Shown here one piece after another: positions 26,666-35,806 of a DNA stretch of 46,530 nt (position 1 is its first letter; every line of letters begins with the position of its first letter). A program made the position numbers and the translations under genes. The notes under the pieces were generated by a model. It worked only from the letters and a program-made list of their open reading frames with translations. It was not told the DNA's origin and searched no databases. The stretch is from Clostridia bacterium (GTDB lineage Bacteria; Bacillota; Clostridia; Oscillospirales; UBA644), in NCBI GenBank assembly GCA_017441125.1, contig JAFSAH010000061.1:1-46530 (forward strand). Direction: 5' to 3'.

Positions 26666-26694
26666 CGGAGGATTTTTTCACAGAAAACCCTCCG
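26666..26694 (-). terminator. Stem-loop just downstream of the spoIVB stop (no clear U-tract)
   Basis: CGGAGGATTTT / AAAACCCTCCG pairs at 10 of 11 positions with a 7-nt loop. Confidence 0.4.
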
Positions 26695-26704
26695 CAACAG
26701 AATA

Positions 26705-27925
26705 TCAGTTGATCTCATTCAGCATATTTTCTATGAAAATTCCGTAGCCCTTTGCGGGGTCGTTTATCATGACGTGAGTGATTGCGCCGATGATTTTTCC
26801 GTCTTGAATTATGGGGGAGCCTGACATTCCCTGAACGATTCCTCCCGTTTTTTCCAAAAGGGTCTCATCCGTGATCGACACTACCATGTTTTTTGTGGTT
26901 TTTACGGAATTTGAATAAATATGGATTATTTCAATATCGTAGCTTTGAACTCCGGAGTCATCAATGGTGCAGAGGATTTTTGCAGGTCCTTCATGGATAT
27001 CCTGCTTGAATCCGATCTTGTACAGCTGTCCGTCAGGGAGATTGTTCCCTTCAATCGTTCCGAAAACGCCTTCGTTGCAGTTTTTGTAGAGCGTTCCTAT
27101 TTTATTCGATTCATTGAAGGAGCCTCTCAATTCTCCAGGAGTGCCCGCAACACCTTTTATTACCGAAAAAATTTCAGCTTCAAGGGCTTTTCCGTAGGAA
27201 AGTGTCATGAGCTCCCCCGTATCGCTGTCACAAATTCCGTGACCTAATCCTGCAAAAGTCTTGTTTACCGTATCGTAAAATGTTACCGTACCTATTCCTG
27301 CGGTGCTGTCTCTTACCCAACATCCCAAGCGATATGTTCCGGAGGAATCTTTTACGGGCGTAACCTTTATCTCAAAAATAAGCTTATCCCGTTTTATTCC
27401 GATTGACAGCTCCTTGCCGTCGCAGTTTTTCACTAAGCTCGTCAGGTGTTCATTGCTTTTTATCTTTTCTCCGTTTACTGTTGTCAGTATGTCCTTAACG
27501 CGGATTCCGCTGTTGTAGGCAGGGTTGATTTTTTTGTCTCCCGTTTCCACATCCGTCATGCTCACCACGATAACACCGTCGGTATAAAATTTGATTCCGA
27601 AGGGCTGACCTCCTGCCATTAAGGACTGTTCCGAAACGACCTTGACCTCCGAGCGCTTCAGAGGCATTATTCCCAAAAGCTTGAAATCTATTTCATATCC
27701 GCTGTCCGTAACCGTAACGGAAGATGTGACGGGATAGAAGGCTTCTTGATTAAGAATGCTTTCAAGATTGTTTGTATCTTCTTCAAAAACGTAGTATTTA
27801 TCGGGCAGCTTTGATGAAAAATACACACTTATGCCGCATACGAGCATGGCCGCAAGTACTGCGTAAAGTATAATTCGCCCTGTTTTTGAACGTATTTTTC
27901 TTGTATCGTTTTTTGTATTATTCAT
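26705..27925 (-). CDS. spoIVB: SpoIVB peptidase (S55 family, stage IV sporulation signalling protease)
   Basis: ATG at 27925 lies 7 nt after GGAG. It has an N-terminal TM helix, a PDZ region, a catalytic His context GLGHGI and a catalytic Ser context GMSGSPI. Confidence 0.9.
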   Translation of the reverse strand: MNNTKNDTRKIRSKTGRIILYAVLAAMLVCGISVYFSSKLPDKYYVFEEDTNNLESILNQEAFYPVTSSVTVTDSGYEIDFKLLGIMPLKRSEVKVVSEQSLMAGGQPFGIKFYTDGVIVVSMTDVETGDKKINPAYNSGIRVKDILTTVNGEKIKSNEHLTSLVKNCDGKELSIGIKRDKLIFEIKVTPVKDSSGTYRLGCWVRDSTAGIGTVTFYDTVNKTFAGLGHGICDSDTGELMTLSYGKALEAEIFSVIKGVAGTPGELRGSFNESNKIGTLYKNCNEGVFGTIEGNNLPDGQLYKIGFKQDIHEGPAKILCTIDDSGVQSYDIEIIHIYSNSVKTTKNMVVSITDETLLEKTGGIVQGMSGSPIIQDGKIIGAITHVMINDPAKGYGIFIENMLNEIN

Positions 27926-28104
27926 ATTAAATCTCCAAGTCCGCCGCATTGCGGCGGGACAAATATTCAGTTGAAATTAAGAATGAAAGAACATTTATAT
28001 GTTCTATTTCATGCTGTTCAGGTTCGCTTTTTACATTTTCTATTTTGCCCTCTATTTTTTCAATATACCTTTAATTTTTTTACTTTGTGAAAGGAATTTT
28101 AACC

Positions 28105-28755
28105 ATGAAACATATTATAATTACTGGCCATTACGGAAGCGGAAAAAGTAATATTTCAATAAATCTTGCCCTTGAATATGCAAAAAAAGAAAAAAAGGTT
28201 TTTCTTATTGACTGCGATATCGTAAACCCTTATTTCCGTTCTGCAGACAGCAAATCCCTTCTGGAAGAAAACGGTGTCGAGCTGCTCGCTCCTCTTTATG
28301 CCAATACCAACCTTGATATTCCCGCATTGCCTGCAGATATTCAAAAGGTTTTTGCAACGGATTGCGTTGCTGTTTGGGATATCGGCGGAGACGACAGCGG
28401 AGCGGTTGTTTTGGGCAGATATGCAGACGCCATAAAAAAAGACGGGTATGAAATGTATTATGTTCTGAATTTCTACAGACCTTTGACTGAAAACTCCGAA
28501 GAAATGACAGAGCTTATGTTCGAGATAGAAAAAAGCTCCCGTTTAAAATGCACCGCAATTATAAATAATTCCAATTTGGGTGCCGAAACGGATAAGAAGA
28601 CCGTTGTTGATACCTTTGAAGAAGCAAGGTCCGTTGCTGAAAAAACAGGCCTTCCTTTGAAATTCACATCGGTATTGACTCGTTTGGCGGATGAGTTTTC
28701 GGACTCCGACGCCGAAATATTCCCTATAAACATTGATACACGAAAGTATTTTTAG
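28105..28755 (+). CDS. P-loop NTPase of unknown function (SIMIBI class, MinD/ParA/CooC-like)
   Basis: 216 aa; AAAGGA RBS; Walker A GHYGSGKS; LIDCD; Walker B-like VWDIGGDD. No partner gene is adjacent. Confidence 0.7.
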   Translation: MKHIIITGHYGSGKSNISINLALEYAKKEKKVFLIDCDIVNPYFRSADSKSLLEENGVELLAPLYANTNLDIPALPADIQKVFATDCVAVWDIGGDDSGAVVLGRYADAIKKDGYEMYYVLNFYRPLTENSEEMTELMFEIEKSSRLKCTAIINNSNLGAETDKKTVVDTFEEARSVAEKTGLPLKFTSVLTRLADEFSDSDAEIFPINIDTRKYF

Positions 28756-28805
28756 CACGTATGCGTTATATTTCTGACAAAAAATGGAGAAAAGTCCGTT
28801 AGTGC

Positions 28806-28833
28806 TTGATTTTTTCGTGGAATTTGGTATAAT
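28806..28833 (+). promoter_or_regulatory. Sigma-A promoter for yybS-gdpP-rplI-dnaB (-35 TTGATT, 16-nt spacer, extended -10 TGGTATAAT)
   Basis: TTGATT at 28806-28811 and TATAAT at 28828-28833. Confidence 0.6.
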
Positions 28834-28911
28834 ATAATAGAGTAACCATGTGTACTCGAATTATTGCTGTTATTCACTATGTGTTTTATAGATTTTCATC
28901 GGAGGATTATA

Positions 28912-29928
28912 ATGCTTAAAAAACAAATATATTCCATTGGCTTTTTTATCGCATCGGTTTTACTTGCTGTTGCATCGTTGATATTGCCTGTATTTTTTAT
29001 GAGTTTTTCATGGGTCGCTTCCATTGTATGTTTTTTTGCTTCGGTGATCCTTTCCTGCGTTATGTTTGCATTTTCCGTTACGAACGCGTATTCCTTGTTG
29101 ATTCCCGGTATTGGCGTGATTCTTGCCTTTTTGGGCTCTTGGCTCCTTTCCGGAAGCGCTACGTTTTCGATTTTGTTTTTGATTATATTTATTCCTGCAG
29201 GCACGGCTTTGGGATTGGGATACAAAAATAAAAAGATGCTGAACGCTACTGTTATGAAAGCTGCTGTCAATGCGGTAATACTTGGTCTTATTGCTTTTAC
29301 CGTTTTGATTGGGGAATTCTCGGGCGGTTCTTTCGATGTGAAAGAGGCTCTCGGTCCCATGACGGAGAAGTTGAAACAGTATCTTATAGAGCTTTTTTCC
29401 GTTGAAGATCCTTCTGTTTCTATGGTTTTTGATAGGATGGAGATTTCTCCCAAAGCATTTGCGTTGTTTATTTACGATTATTTCATTACTAATATTCCGA
29501 CATTTTATATGAGCTTTGTTTTGATTGAAACTGTTATCGGTTTTTGGATCATTAAGGGCCTCATGAAGAGAACTGACAATCAGGTAAGCTTTATGGGTCG
29601 TTTCAGCGATTGTAAGATTTCTTATGTCGGTTCGATTTTTTATTTAATATGTGTCTGCTGCTATATGTTGCTTTCTGAATACGATATAGCAATTGCTTTT
29701 TACAATTATTCAAACATTTTAAGGCTTGTATTTATTTATGCCGGAGTATCTCTGATCTCATATTTCCTTGAGTTTAAGAAATTCAGTAATTTTGCGAGAA
29801 ATTTAATACTTGTGATTGTAATTGTGATTAGTTTTACTTCGACGGTTCTTTCAAGTCTGGTTATCTTTTTGGGACTTCTCGATTCGGGAATGAACTTCCG
29901 TAACCGTATTGAAAACAGCGGCGTTTAG
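28912..29928 (+). CDS. yybS: YybS-like polytopic membrane protein (DUF2232)
   Basis: ATG at 28912 follows GGAGGA. The protein is very hydrophobic and sits immediately upstream of gdpP-rplI-dnaB as in B. subtilis. Confidence 0.7.
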   Translation: MLKKQIYSIGFFIASVLLAVASLILPVFFMSFSWVASIVCFFASVILSCVMFAFSVTNAYSLLIPGIGVILAFLGSWLLSGSATFSILFLIIFIPAGTALGLGYKNKKMLNATVMKAAVNAVILGLIAFTVLIGEFSGGSFDVKEALGPMTEKLKQYLIELFSVEDPSVSMVFDRMEISPKAFALFIYDYFITNIPTFYMSFVLIETVIGFWIIKGLMKRTDNQVSFMGRFSDCKISYVGSIFYLICVCCYMLLSEYDIAIAFYNYSNILRLVFIYAGVSLISYFLEFKKFSNFARNLILVIVIVISFTSTVLSSLVIFLGLLDSGMNFRNRIENSGV

Positions 29929-29979
29929 TGTTGTTATTATAAATATTTACATATCAGAGATTTTAAGAGGGGAAAATTT

Positions 29980-31941
29980 ATGAAAGGGAAAACACTTCTT
30001 ACAGTAGTTGCCGCAAGAAGCTCTTATATTATTCTTGCGCTGTTTGTAATACTTTTTCAGGTATTTCATCCGGGTGTCTTAAGTAATGCTTTTTTACTGT
30101 GTACCGGCTGTTTTATACTTATTTTTGAAGTATACGTTCATGTATTACGCTATAATGTGAAAAAAATAATGAAGAATACTGTTTCAATGCTTGACCTTAC
30201 CTCATTGAAACGCCTTGAGGATTTTCCGATACCGATTCTAATAAGCGGTTCTGACGGGGAAGTCTTGTGGTACAGCGAATGCTTCTGCGATGTTTTCGGG
30301 GAAACGTATACGGTAAACTTAAACTCCGTATTCAAGATACATCCGGATATTATAAAGAACAGGACGATTTCAGTAGATTTTGCTGACAGAAATTTTTATG
30401 TTTGTTCCGATTGCAGCGTTATAAACGATAAAGAGCTGTACGTTCTGTACTTCTTTGATAAAACGGAGTTCATTAATCTTCAGAAAGAGCATAATGAATC
30501 AAAGCCTGTTGTAGCGTATCTTTTGGTTGATAACTACGATGAGCTTTTCAAGAACGTCAAAGAAAGCGACAGCGCCGTTGCAATGGCTACAATTGATGAC
30601 GCCATTAGTAAGTGGACGCAAGGAACTACCTGCATTTTGCGTAAAATTGAAAAGAACAAATATTTCCTGATATTTGAGAACAGATATCTGAAAGATTTTA
30701 CCAAAGAGCGTTTCAGTATTTTAGATACGGTCCGTGAGCTTCCCATGATGGGTAGTATCCCTCCGACTCTTTCCATAGGCGTGGGCGCAGATAAATCAAG
30801 CTTGGCTGAAAGTGAAGAGGCTGCGAGAAATTCTCTTGATATGGCTCTCAGCCGAGGCGGAGATCAGGCCGTTGTCAGCAAAGAAACAGGCTTTGAATTT
30901 TTCGGCGGTTACGCAAAGGGTAACGATAGACGTGCGAAAATCACTTCCAGAGTTTTGGCTTCAAGCTTTGCAGAGCTTCTGAACAGCGTAAAAACCGTTA
31001 TCGTTATGGGACATCAATACTCCGATATGGATAGCTTGGGCGCTTGCGTGGGTATTGCCTGCATAGGTAAAAGCTTCGGCAAAAAAACTCATATCCTGTT
31101 GAATTCCGAAACAAATCTTGCAGAGCCTTTATATGACCGTCTTATAGATTCAAAGCTTTATGATGATATTTTTATTTCAAAGCAAGATGCAATGATGACC
31201 GTTGACCTTGATACGTTGTTGGTTATTGTTGATACTCACAGGGCTTCTTATACTGAAATGCCGGAGCTTATTCCTTACGCGGGTAAAGTTGCGGTAATCG
31301 ACCATCATAGAAAGTCTGCCGATTTTATTAAAGATACAAGCTTCTTCTTCCACGATCCGTACGCGTCTTCCGCTTGCGAAATGGTTACGGAGCTTATAGA
31401 ATATCTTGAAAAATGCAAGCTTTCAGCCCTTGAATCCGATGCGCTTCTTGCGGGAATCTATCTTGATACCAAAAATTTTGCGTTGAAAACGGGAACCTGC
31501 ACATTCGAGGCTTCAGCATATTTGAGAAATATGGGTGCAAGCACGGTTAACGTCAAGCTTATGTTCCAGACAGACGTTGATACTTATAAGCTTAAGGCGG
31601 AGCTTATCAAAAAATCCGAAATATATGAGAAAATCTATGCGATTTCTCTTTGCGATATGGACAGTATCGGAAACCTTAAGATCGCCTCTTCCCAGGCGGC
31701 AGATGAAATGCTTAATATTGAAGATGTTCAGGCGGCATTTTGTCTTTATGTGATAAAAGATTCAGTTAATATTTCCGCAAGATCTTACGGAAGTGTAAAC
31801 GTTCAGTTGATAATGGAAAAATTGGGTGGCGGCGGACATCAGACAATGGCCGGTTGTCAGATCAAGGATACCAATATTAAAGAAGGTTATATTAAACTGA
31901 CGAATGCTATAGATGCATATATCGAAGAACAGTCCAGATAA
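29980..31941 (+). CDS. gdpP: Cyclic-di-AMP phosphodiesterase GdpP (DHH/DHHA1)
   Basis: 653 aa; two N-terminal TM helices; a degenerate GGDEF-like middle region; DHH motif VIDHHRKS; DHHA1 motif GGGGHQTMAG. Confidence 0.9.
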   Translation: MKGKTLLTVVAARSSYIILALFVILFQVFHPGVLSNAFLLCTGCFILIFEVYVHVLRYNVKKIMKNTVSMLDLTSLKRLEDFPIPILISGSDGEVLWYSECFCDVFGETYTVNLNSVFKIHPDIIKNRTISVDFADRNFYVCSDCSVINDKELYVLYFFDKTEFINLQKEHNESKPVVAYLLVDNYDELFKNVKESDSAVAMATIDDAISKWTQGTTCILRKIEKNKYFLIFENRYLKDFTKERFSILDTVRELPMMGSIPPTLSIGVGADKSSLAESEEAARNSLDMALSRGGDQAVVSKETGFEFFGGYAKGNDRRAKITSRVLASSFAELLNSVKTVIVMGHQYSDMDSLGACVGIACIGKSFGKKTHILLNSETNLAEPLYDRLIDSKLYDDIFISKQDAMMTVDLDTLLVIVDTHRASYTEMPELIPYAGKVAVIDHHRKSADFIKDTSFFFHDPYASSACEMVTELIEYLEKCKLSALESDALLAGIYLDTKNFALKTGTCTFEASAYLRNMGASTVNVKLMFQTDVDTYKLKAELIKKSEIYEKIYAISLCDMDSIGNLKIASSQAADEMLNIEDVQAAFCLYVIKDSVNISARSYGSVNVQLIMEKLGGGGHQTMAGCQIKDTNIKEGYIKLTNAIDAYIEEQSR

Positions 31942-31984
31942 AAATCTGTGAGGTTCAATTTCATATGTGAAAGGACAAATAAAA

Positions 31985-32431
31985 ATGGAAGTAATTTTAC
32001 TCAGCGATGTAAAAGCTCTCGGTAAGAAAAATCAGTTGGTAAAAGTTAGCGACGGTTACGCAAAGAACTTTTTATTTCCTAAAAAACTTGCTGTAGAAGC
32101 AACATCCGTAAACAAGAATGTTTTGGCGCAGCACAATGCTGCTGAGGCTCACAGAAAAGCCGAAGAAAAGAAACAGGCTCTCGAACAGAAGGCTGTTCTT
32201 GAAAAGGCTGCTGTGACCATAAAAGCGAAAGGAAGTCAGGCAAAGCTCTTCGGCGCTGTTACAAGCAAGGAAGTTGCCGAGGCTCTTTCCGCGCAGATGG
32301 GCTTTGATGTCGACAAGAAAAAAATCTCTATGCCCGACTCTGTAAAGAATTATGGTGAATACACTGTGGAAATCAAGCTTTATCCTGAAATTTCCGCAAA
32401 GGTTCAGCTTAATGTAGTTCCTCTTGAATAA
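31985..32431 (+). CDS. rplI: 50S ribosomal protein L9
   Basis: 148 aa beginning MEVILLSDVKALGKKNQLVKVSDGYAKNFLFPKKLA. ATG at 31985 lies 9 nt after AAAGGA. Confidence 0.93.
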   Translation: MEVILLSDVKALGKKNQLVKVSDGYAKNFLFPKKLAVEATSVNKNVLAQHNAAEAHRKAEEKKQALEQKAVLEKAAVTIKAKGSQAKLFGAVTSKEVAEALSAQMGFDVDKKKISMPDSVKNYGEYTVEIKLYPEISAKVQLNVVPLE

Positions 32432-32448
32432 TTATAAGGACAAATAAA

Positions 32449-33798
32449 ATGGAAATTGATCAGAAAATGCCTTTTAGTCTTGAGTCGGAACAGGCTGTTT
32501 TAGGCTCAATACTTCTTGACCCCGAACTTATCGGCAAAGCATCACTTATGCTTAAACCCGAATATTTTTATTCAGAAAAGCACAGAGAAATATTTGAAGC
32601 GATGTTGGAGCTTTTTAATCTCGGACATACCATAGAAGGGATAATGCTCCTTGAAAAGCTTCGAGAAAACGGCTCTTTTGAGAGTAACGAAGAAAAAGAA
32701 TATTTGCTGAAATTGGCAGAAGCCTCTTCTATGATAGGGGATATGACCTATTATGCAAAAATAGTTGCGGAAAAAGCAATGCTTCGTGAAGTTATTGATT
32801 ACAGCCGTGAATTGAATAGTATGTGTCTTGATAATCAGGAGCTTCCTACGGTTCTTGAGTATGCCGAACGCCGTTTGGGTAATATTTCGGGAAACCGTCA
32901 GAATATGACTTTGTACAGATTGTCAGAACTTGTTCGCTCCGAGCTTGAACGCTTGACTGAACTTAAGGAAAACCCTTCAGGTAAATTCCGTCAGATTAAA
33001 ATGGGCATTTCTGCTTTAGATAAGTTCCTGGGCGGTTTTAACCGAAGTGACTTGATTCTTCTTGCAGGCCGTCCCGGTATGGGTAAAACCTCCTTCGCTT
33101 TGAATATCGCATACAATATTGCGGCTTCAAGTGAAAATAATCCCAAACTCAGCGTTGTCTTCTTTTCTTTGGAAATGTCAAGGGAGCAGTTGGCTCGCCG
33201 TGTAATTTCAAGTACTGTTTTGATCGACAGTAAAAAAATGCTTACGGGTGACGTTTCCGATAAGGAATGGGACGATGTTTATAAGTTTTGGCATGACGAC
33301 CTGAATGATGTAAATCTCCTTTTCGACGACACTTCAATGATTACGGTCGCGGAAATGAAAGCAAAGCTGAGAAGGGTCAAGAATTTGGGAATGGTTATGA
33401 TAGACTATCTTCAGCTTATGAGTTCAGGTAAGAAAATTGAGAACCGAGTTCAGGAGATCGGTGAAATCACACGTTCTCTTAAAATAATGGCAAAGGAATT
33501 AAACGTTCCTATTATACTTTGTTCACAGCTTTCACGTAGTATCGAGCAGCGAAAAGAAGATAATAAAGTGCCCCGTCTTTCAGACTTGAGAGACTCCGGT
33601 TCTATCGAGCAGGACGCCGACATCGTTATCTTCCTGAGCCGTCCCGAATATTACGATAAGGAAACTGAACAGAAGAATGTTTGCGATGTAATCGTCGAGA
33701 AAAACCGTCACGGAGCGCCCGGTAAAGTAAGTATTTATTGGGATGGCGCGCATACCGCATTCCGTACCATGGGAGGTTCAGAACCTCAGGCTCAGTAA
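32449..33798 (+). CDS. dnaB: Replicative DNA helicase (DnaB family)
   Basis: 449 aa; PFSLESEQAVLGSILLDP N-terminus; Walker A GRPGMGKTSF; IDYLQLM; LSDLRDSGSIEQDAD. Confidence 0.96.
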   Translation: MEIDQKMPFSLESEQAVLGSILLDPELIGKASLMLKPEYFYSEKHREIFEAMLELFNLGHTIEGIMLLEKLRENGSFESNEEKEYLLKLAEASSMIGDMTYYAKIVAEKAMLREVIDYSRELNSMCLDNQELPTVLEYAERRLGNISGNRQNMTLYRLSELVRSELERLTELKENPSGKFRQIKMGISALDKFLGGFNRSDLILLAGRPGMGKTSFALNIAYNIAASSENNPKLSVVFFSLEMSREQLARRVISSTVLIDSKKMLTGDVSDKEWDDVYKFWHDDLNDVNLLFDDTSMITVAEMKAKLRRVKNLGMVMIDYLQLMSSGKKIENRVQEIGEITRSLKIMAKELNVPIILCSQLSRSIEQRKEDNKVPRLSDLRDSGSIEQDADIVIFLSRPEYYDKETEQKNVCDVIVEKNRHGAPGKVSIYWDGAHTAFRTMGGSEPQAQ

Positions 33799-33802
33799 GT
33801 GT

Positions 33803-35131
33803 ATGAAAGAAAAAATTATTGAAACTATTCGTAAATACGGTCTTTTGGAAGACTGTAAAGGTTTAGTCCTTTGCATCTCCGGCGGTTCCGATTCAATGAG
33901 CCTTCTGCATTTTTTCTGTGAAAATAAAGGTTTGTACGGAATTCCCTTCGTGGTTGCTCACGTTAATCACGGACTTCGGGCTGAATCTGCTGAAGAAGAG
34001 GCAGGGCTGACGGAATTTTGCAAAAATAAAAATATCCCCATAGAAGTATTCCACGCGGATATTTTACAAACAAAGCCCAAAGGAAAGTCAACCGAAGAAT
34101 ATGCAAGAGAAGTCAGGTATGCTTTTTTTGAAAGGGTAAGAGAACAATACGGATATTCTCATATCGCAACGGCTCATAATGCCGACGACAACAGCGAAAC
34201 TGTACTTTTTAATTTAATAAGAGGTTGCGGTGTCAGCGGTCTGTGCGGGATCCCCGTAAAGAGGGAAGACGGGATCATTCGACCTTTGATCCGATGCACG
34301 AAAAAGGAAATATATAAATATTGCGAGATTAACGATATTTTGTTTTATACGGATAAGACGAATTTTGAAAATCTCTATACGAGAAATATTATCCGAAATG
34401 AGCTAATGCCCGTCATTGAGCGCATAAATCCCTCTTTTAACGATTCGATTGCAAGGCTTACGGAAGCGGCATCAGCGGATGATACATATTTTGAAAGCAT
34501 AGTGGATGCTTACTTGAATGATCCAAACGCTTTTTCGGAAAAAAAAGAGCTTTCTTTGGATTTTTTAAGGTCTTTGCCTGATAGTATTTTGCCGAGATTT
34601 ATCAGACGGTACTTTTTTGTAAATTCGCCAAATATTATATTGACGAATAAGCAAACAAATGATATAATTAGGCTTATTAAAAATGCAAGAACCTCAAGCA
34701 AAACGGAAATTGACGAATTTGAGCTTTTGATCAATTACGATTCTTTGACAGTTAAGCAAATAACGGATGCTAAACCTTGTATCATGGCTGCAGAAATGGT
34801 AATCGGAGAGAATTTTCTGCAGGGTGCGGGTATTCTGACTGTTTCCGAAGTAATTGCAACCAAAGAAAATATTAAGGATTGCACGGTTATAAAGGATAAA
34901 CTGACGATTCGAAGCCGTTGCTCCGGAGATTCTTTGAAATTGCCGAAACGACCGAGTAAAACATTAAAAAAATTGTTTATTGATGATAAAGTCTCTTCCG
35001 ATATGCGAGATCTTATTCCTGTTGTTTCTTGCGGAAACGAGCTTGTATGGGTTTTCGGTTACGGGACTGACGAGAGGTTTCGTCCCAAAATCGGGGAAAA
35101 AGCTTTATATTTAAATTTTAAACCTTTTTAG
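33803..35131 (+). CDS. tilS: tRNA(Ile)-lysidine synthase
   Basis: ATG at 33803 lies 4 nt after the dnaB stop. PP-loop SGGSDS; HVNHGLR; TAHNADD. Confidence 0.9.
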   Translation: MKEKIIETIRKYGLLEDCKGLVLCISGGSDSMSLLHFFCENKGLYGIPFVVAHVNHGLRAESAEEEAGLTEFCKNKNIPIEVFHADILQTKPKGKSTEEYAREVRYAFFERVREQYGYSHIATAHNADDNSETVLFNLIRGCGVSGLCGIPVKREDGIIRPLIRCTKKEIYKYCEINDILFYTDKTNFENLYTRNIIRNELMPVIERINPSFNDSIARLTEAASADDTYFESIVDAYLNDPNAFSEKKELSLDFLRSLPDSILPRFIRRYFFVNSPNIILTNKQTNDIIRLIKNARTSSKTEIDEFELLINYDSLTVKQITDAKPCIMAAEMVIGENFLQGAGILTVSEVIATKENIKDCTVIKDKLTIRSRCSGDSLKLPKRPSKTLKKLFIDDKVSSDMRDLIPVVSCGNELVWVFGYGTDERFRPKIGEKALYLNFKPF

Positions 35132-35181
35132 CATAAAATCACTCTTTTGAAGTAGAATAAAATAAGAATGGAGTCTCAAAA

Positions 35182-35718
35182 ATGAAAGAAAAAATATCAG
35201 TTTATATTTCCGAGGAAGATACCAGAAAAAAGATAAAAGAGCTTGGTAAAAAAATTACGGAAGATTATAAAAATGTAGAAGGAAAGCTTTTGTTGGTTTC
35301 CATTCTTAAGGGCGCCGTTGTTTTTATGACAGATCTTATGCGAGAGATTGATCTTCCTTTGTCCATTGACTTTATGATCGTTTCAAGCTACGGTTCAGGT
35401 ACCGTATCAAGAGGAAACGTTAAAATCATTAAAGACCTTGATATCAACATCTCTGATTATAATATTCTTATCGTTGAGGACATTCTTGACAGCGGATATA
35501 CTCTTTCCAAGATAATTGAAATGCTTAAGACAAGAAATCCGAAGTCTCTTAAGCTTTGTTCTTTCCTTAATAAACCGGACAGACGTGTTGCCAATGTAGA
35601 GCTTGACTATTGCGGTTTTGTTATTCCCGATGAATTTATCGTCGGTTACGGTCTTGATTATGATGAAAAATACAGAAATCTTCCTTACGTGGGAATTCTC
35701 CATTTTGAAGAAGAATGA
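35182..35718 (+). CDS. hpt: Hypoxanthine-guanine phosphoribosyltransferase
   Basis: 178 aa; PRPP loop ILIVEDILDSGYTL; FIVGYGLDY. Confidence 0.93.
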   Translation: MKEKISVYISEEDTRKKIKELGKKITEDYKNVEGKLLLVSILKGAVVFMTDLMREIDLPLSIDFMIVSSYGSGTVSRGNVKIIKDLDINISDYNILIVEDILDSGYTLSKIIEMLKTRNPKSLKLCSFLNKPDRRVANVELDYCGFVIPDEFIVGYGLDYDEKYRNLPYVGILHFEEE

Positions 35719-35806
35719 TTCTGATTAATTTATAAAAATCGTTTACCTGATGACGAACGGTTTTTCTTTTAATATTTTCTGAAGTCATCAGAGAAAGAGG
35801 CAAAAT

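Noticed and set aside
27988-28005. The AGAACATTTATATGTTCT palindrome considered as a LexA (Cheo) box.
   Set aside because: The Firmicute LexA box is GAAC-N4-GTTC. Here the half-sites are separated by 8 nt (GAAC-ATTTATAT-GTTC), so it does not fit. It is kept only as a generic operator candidate.
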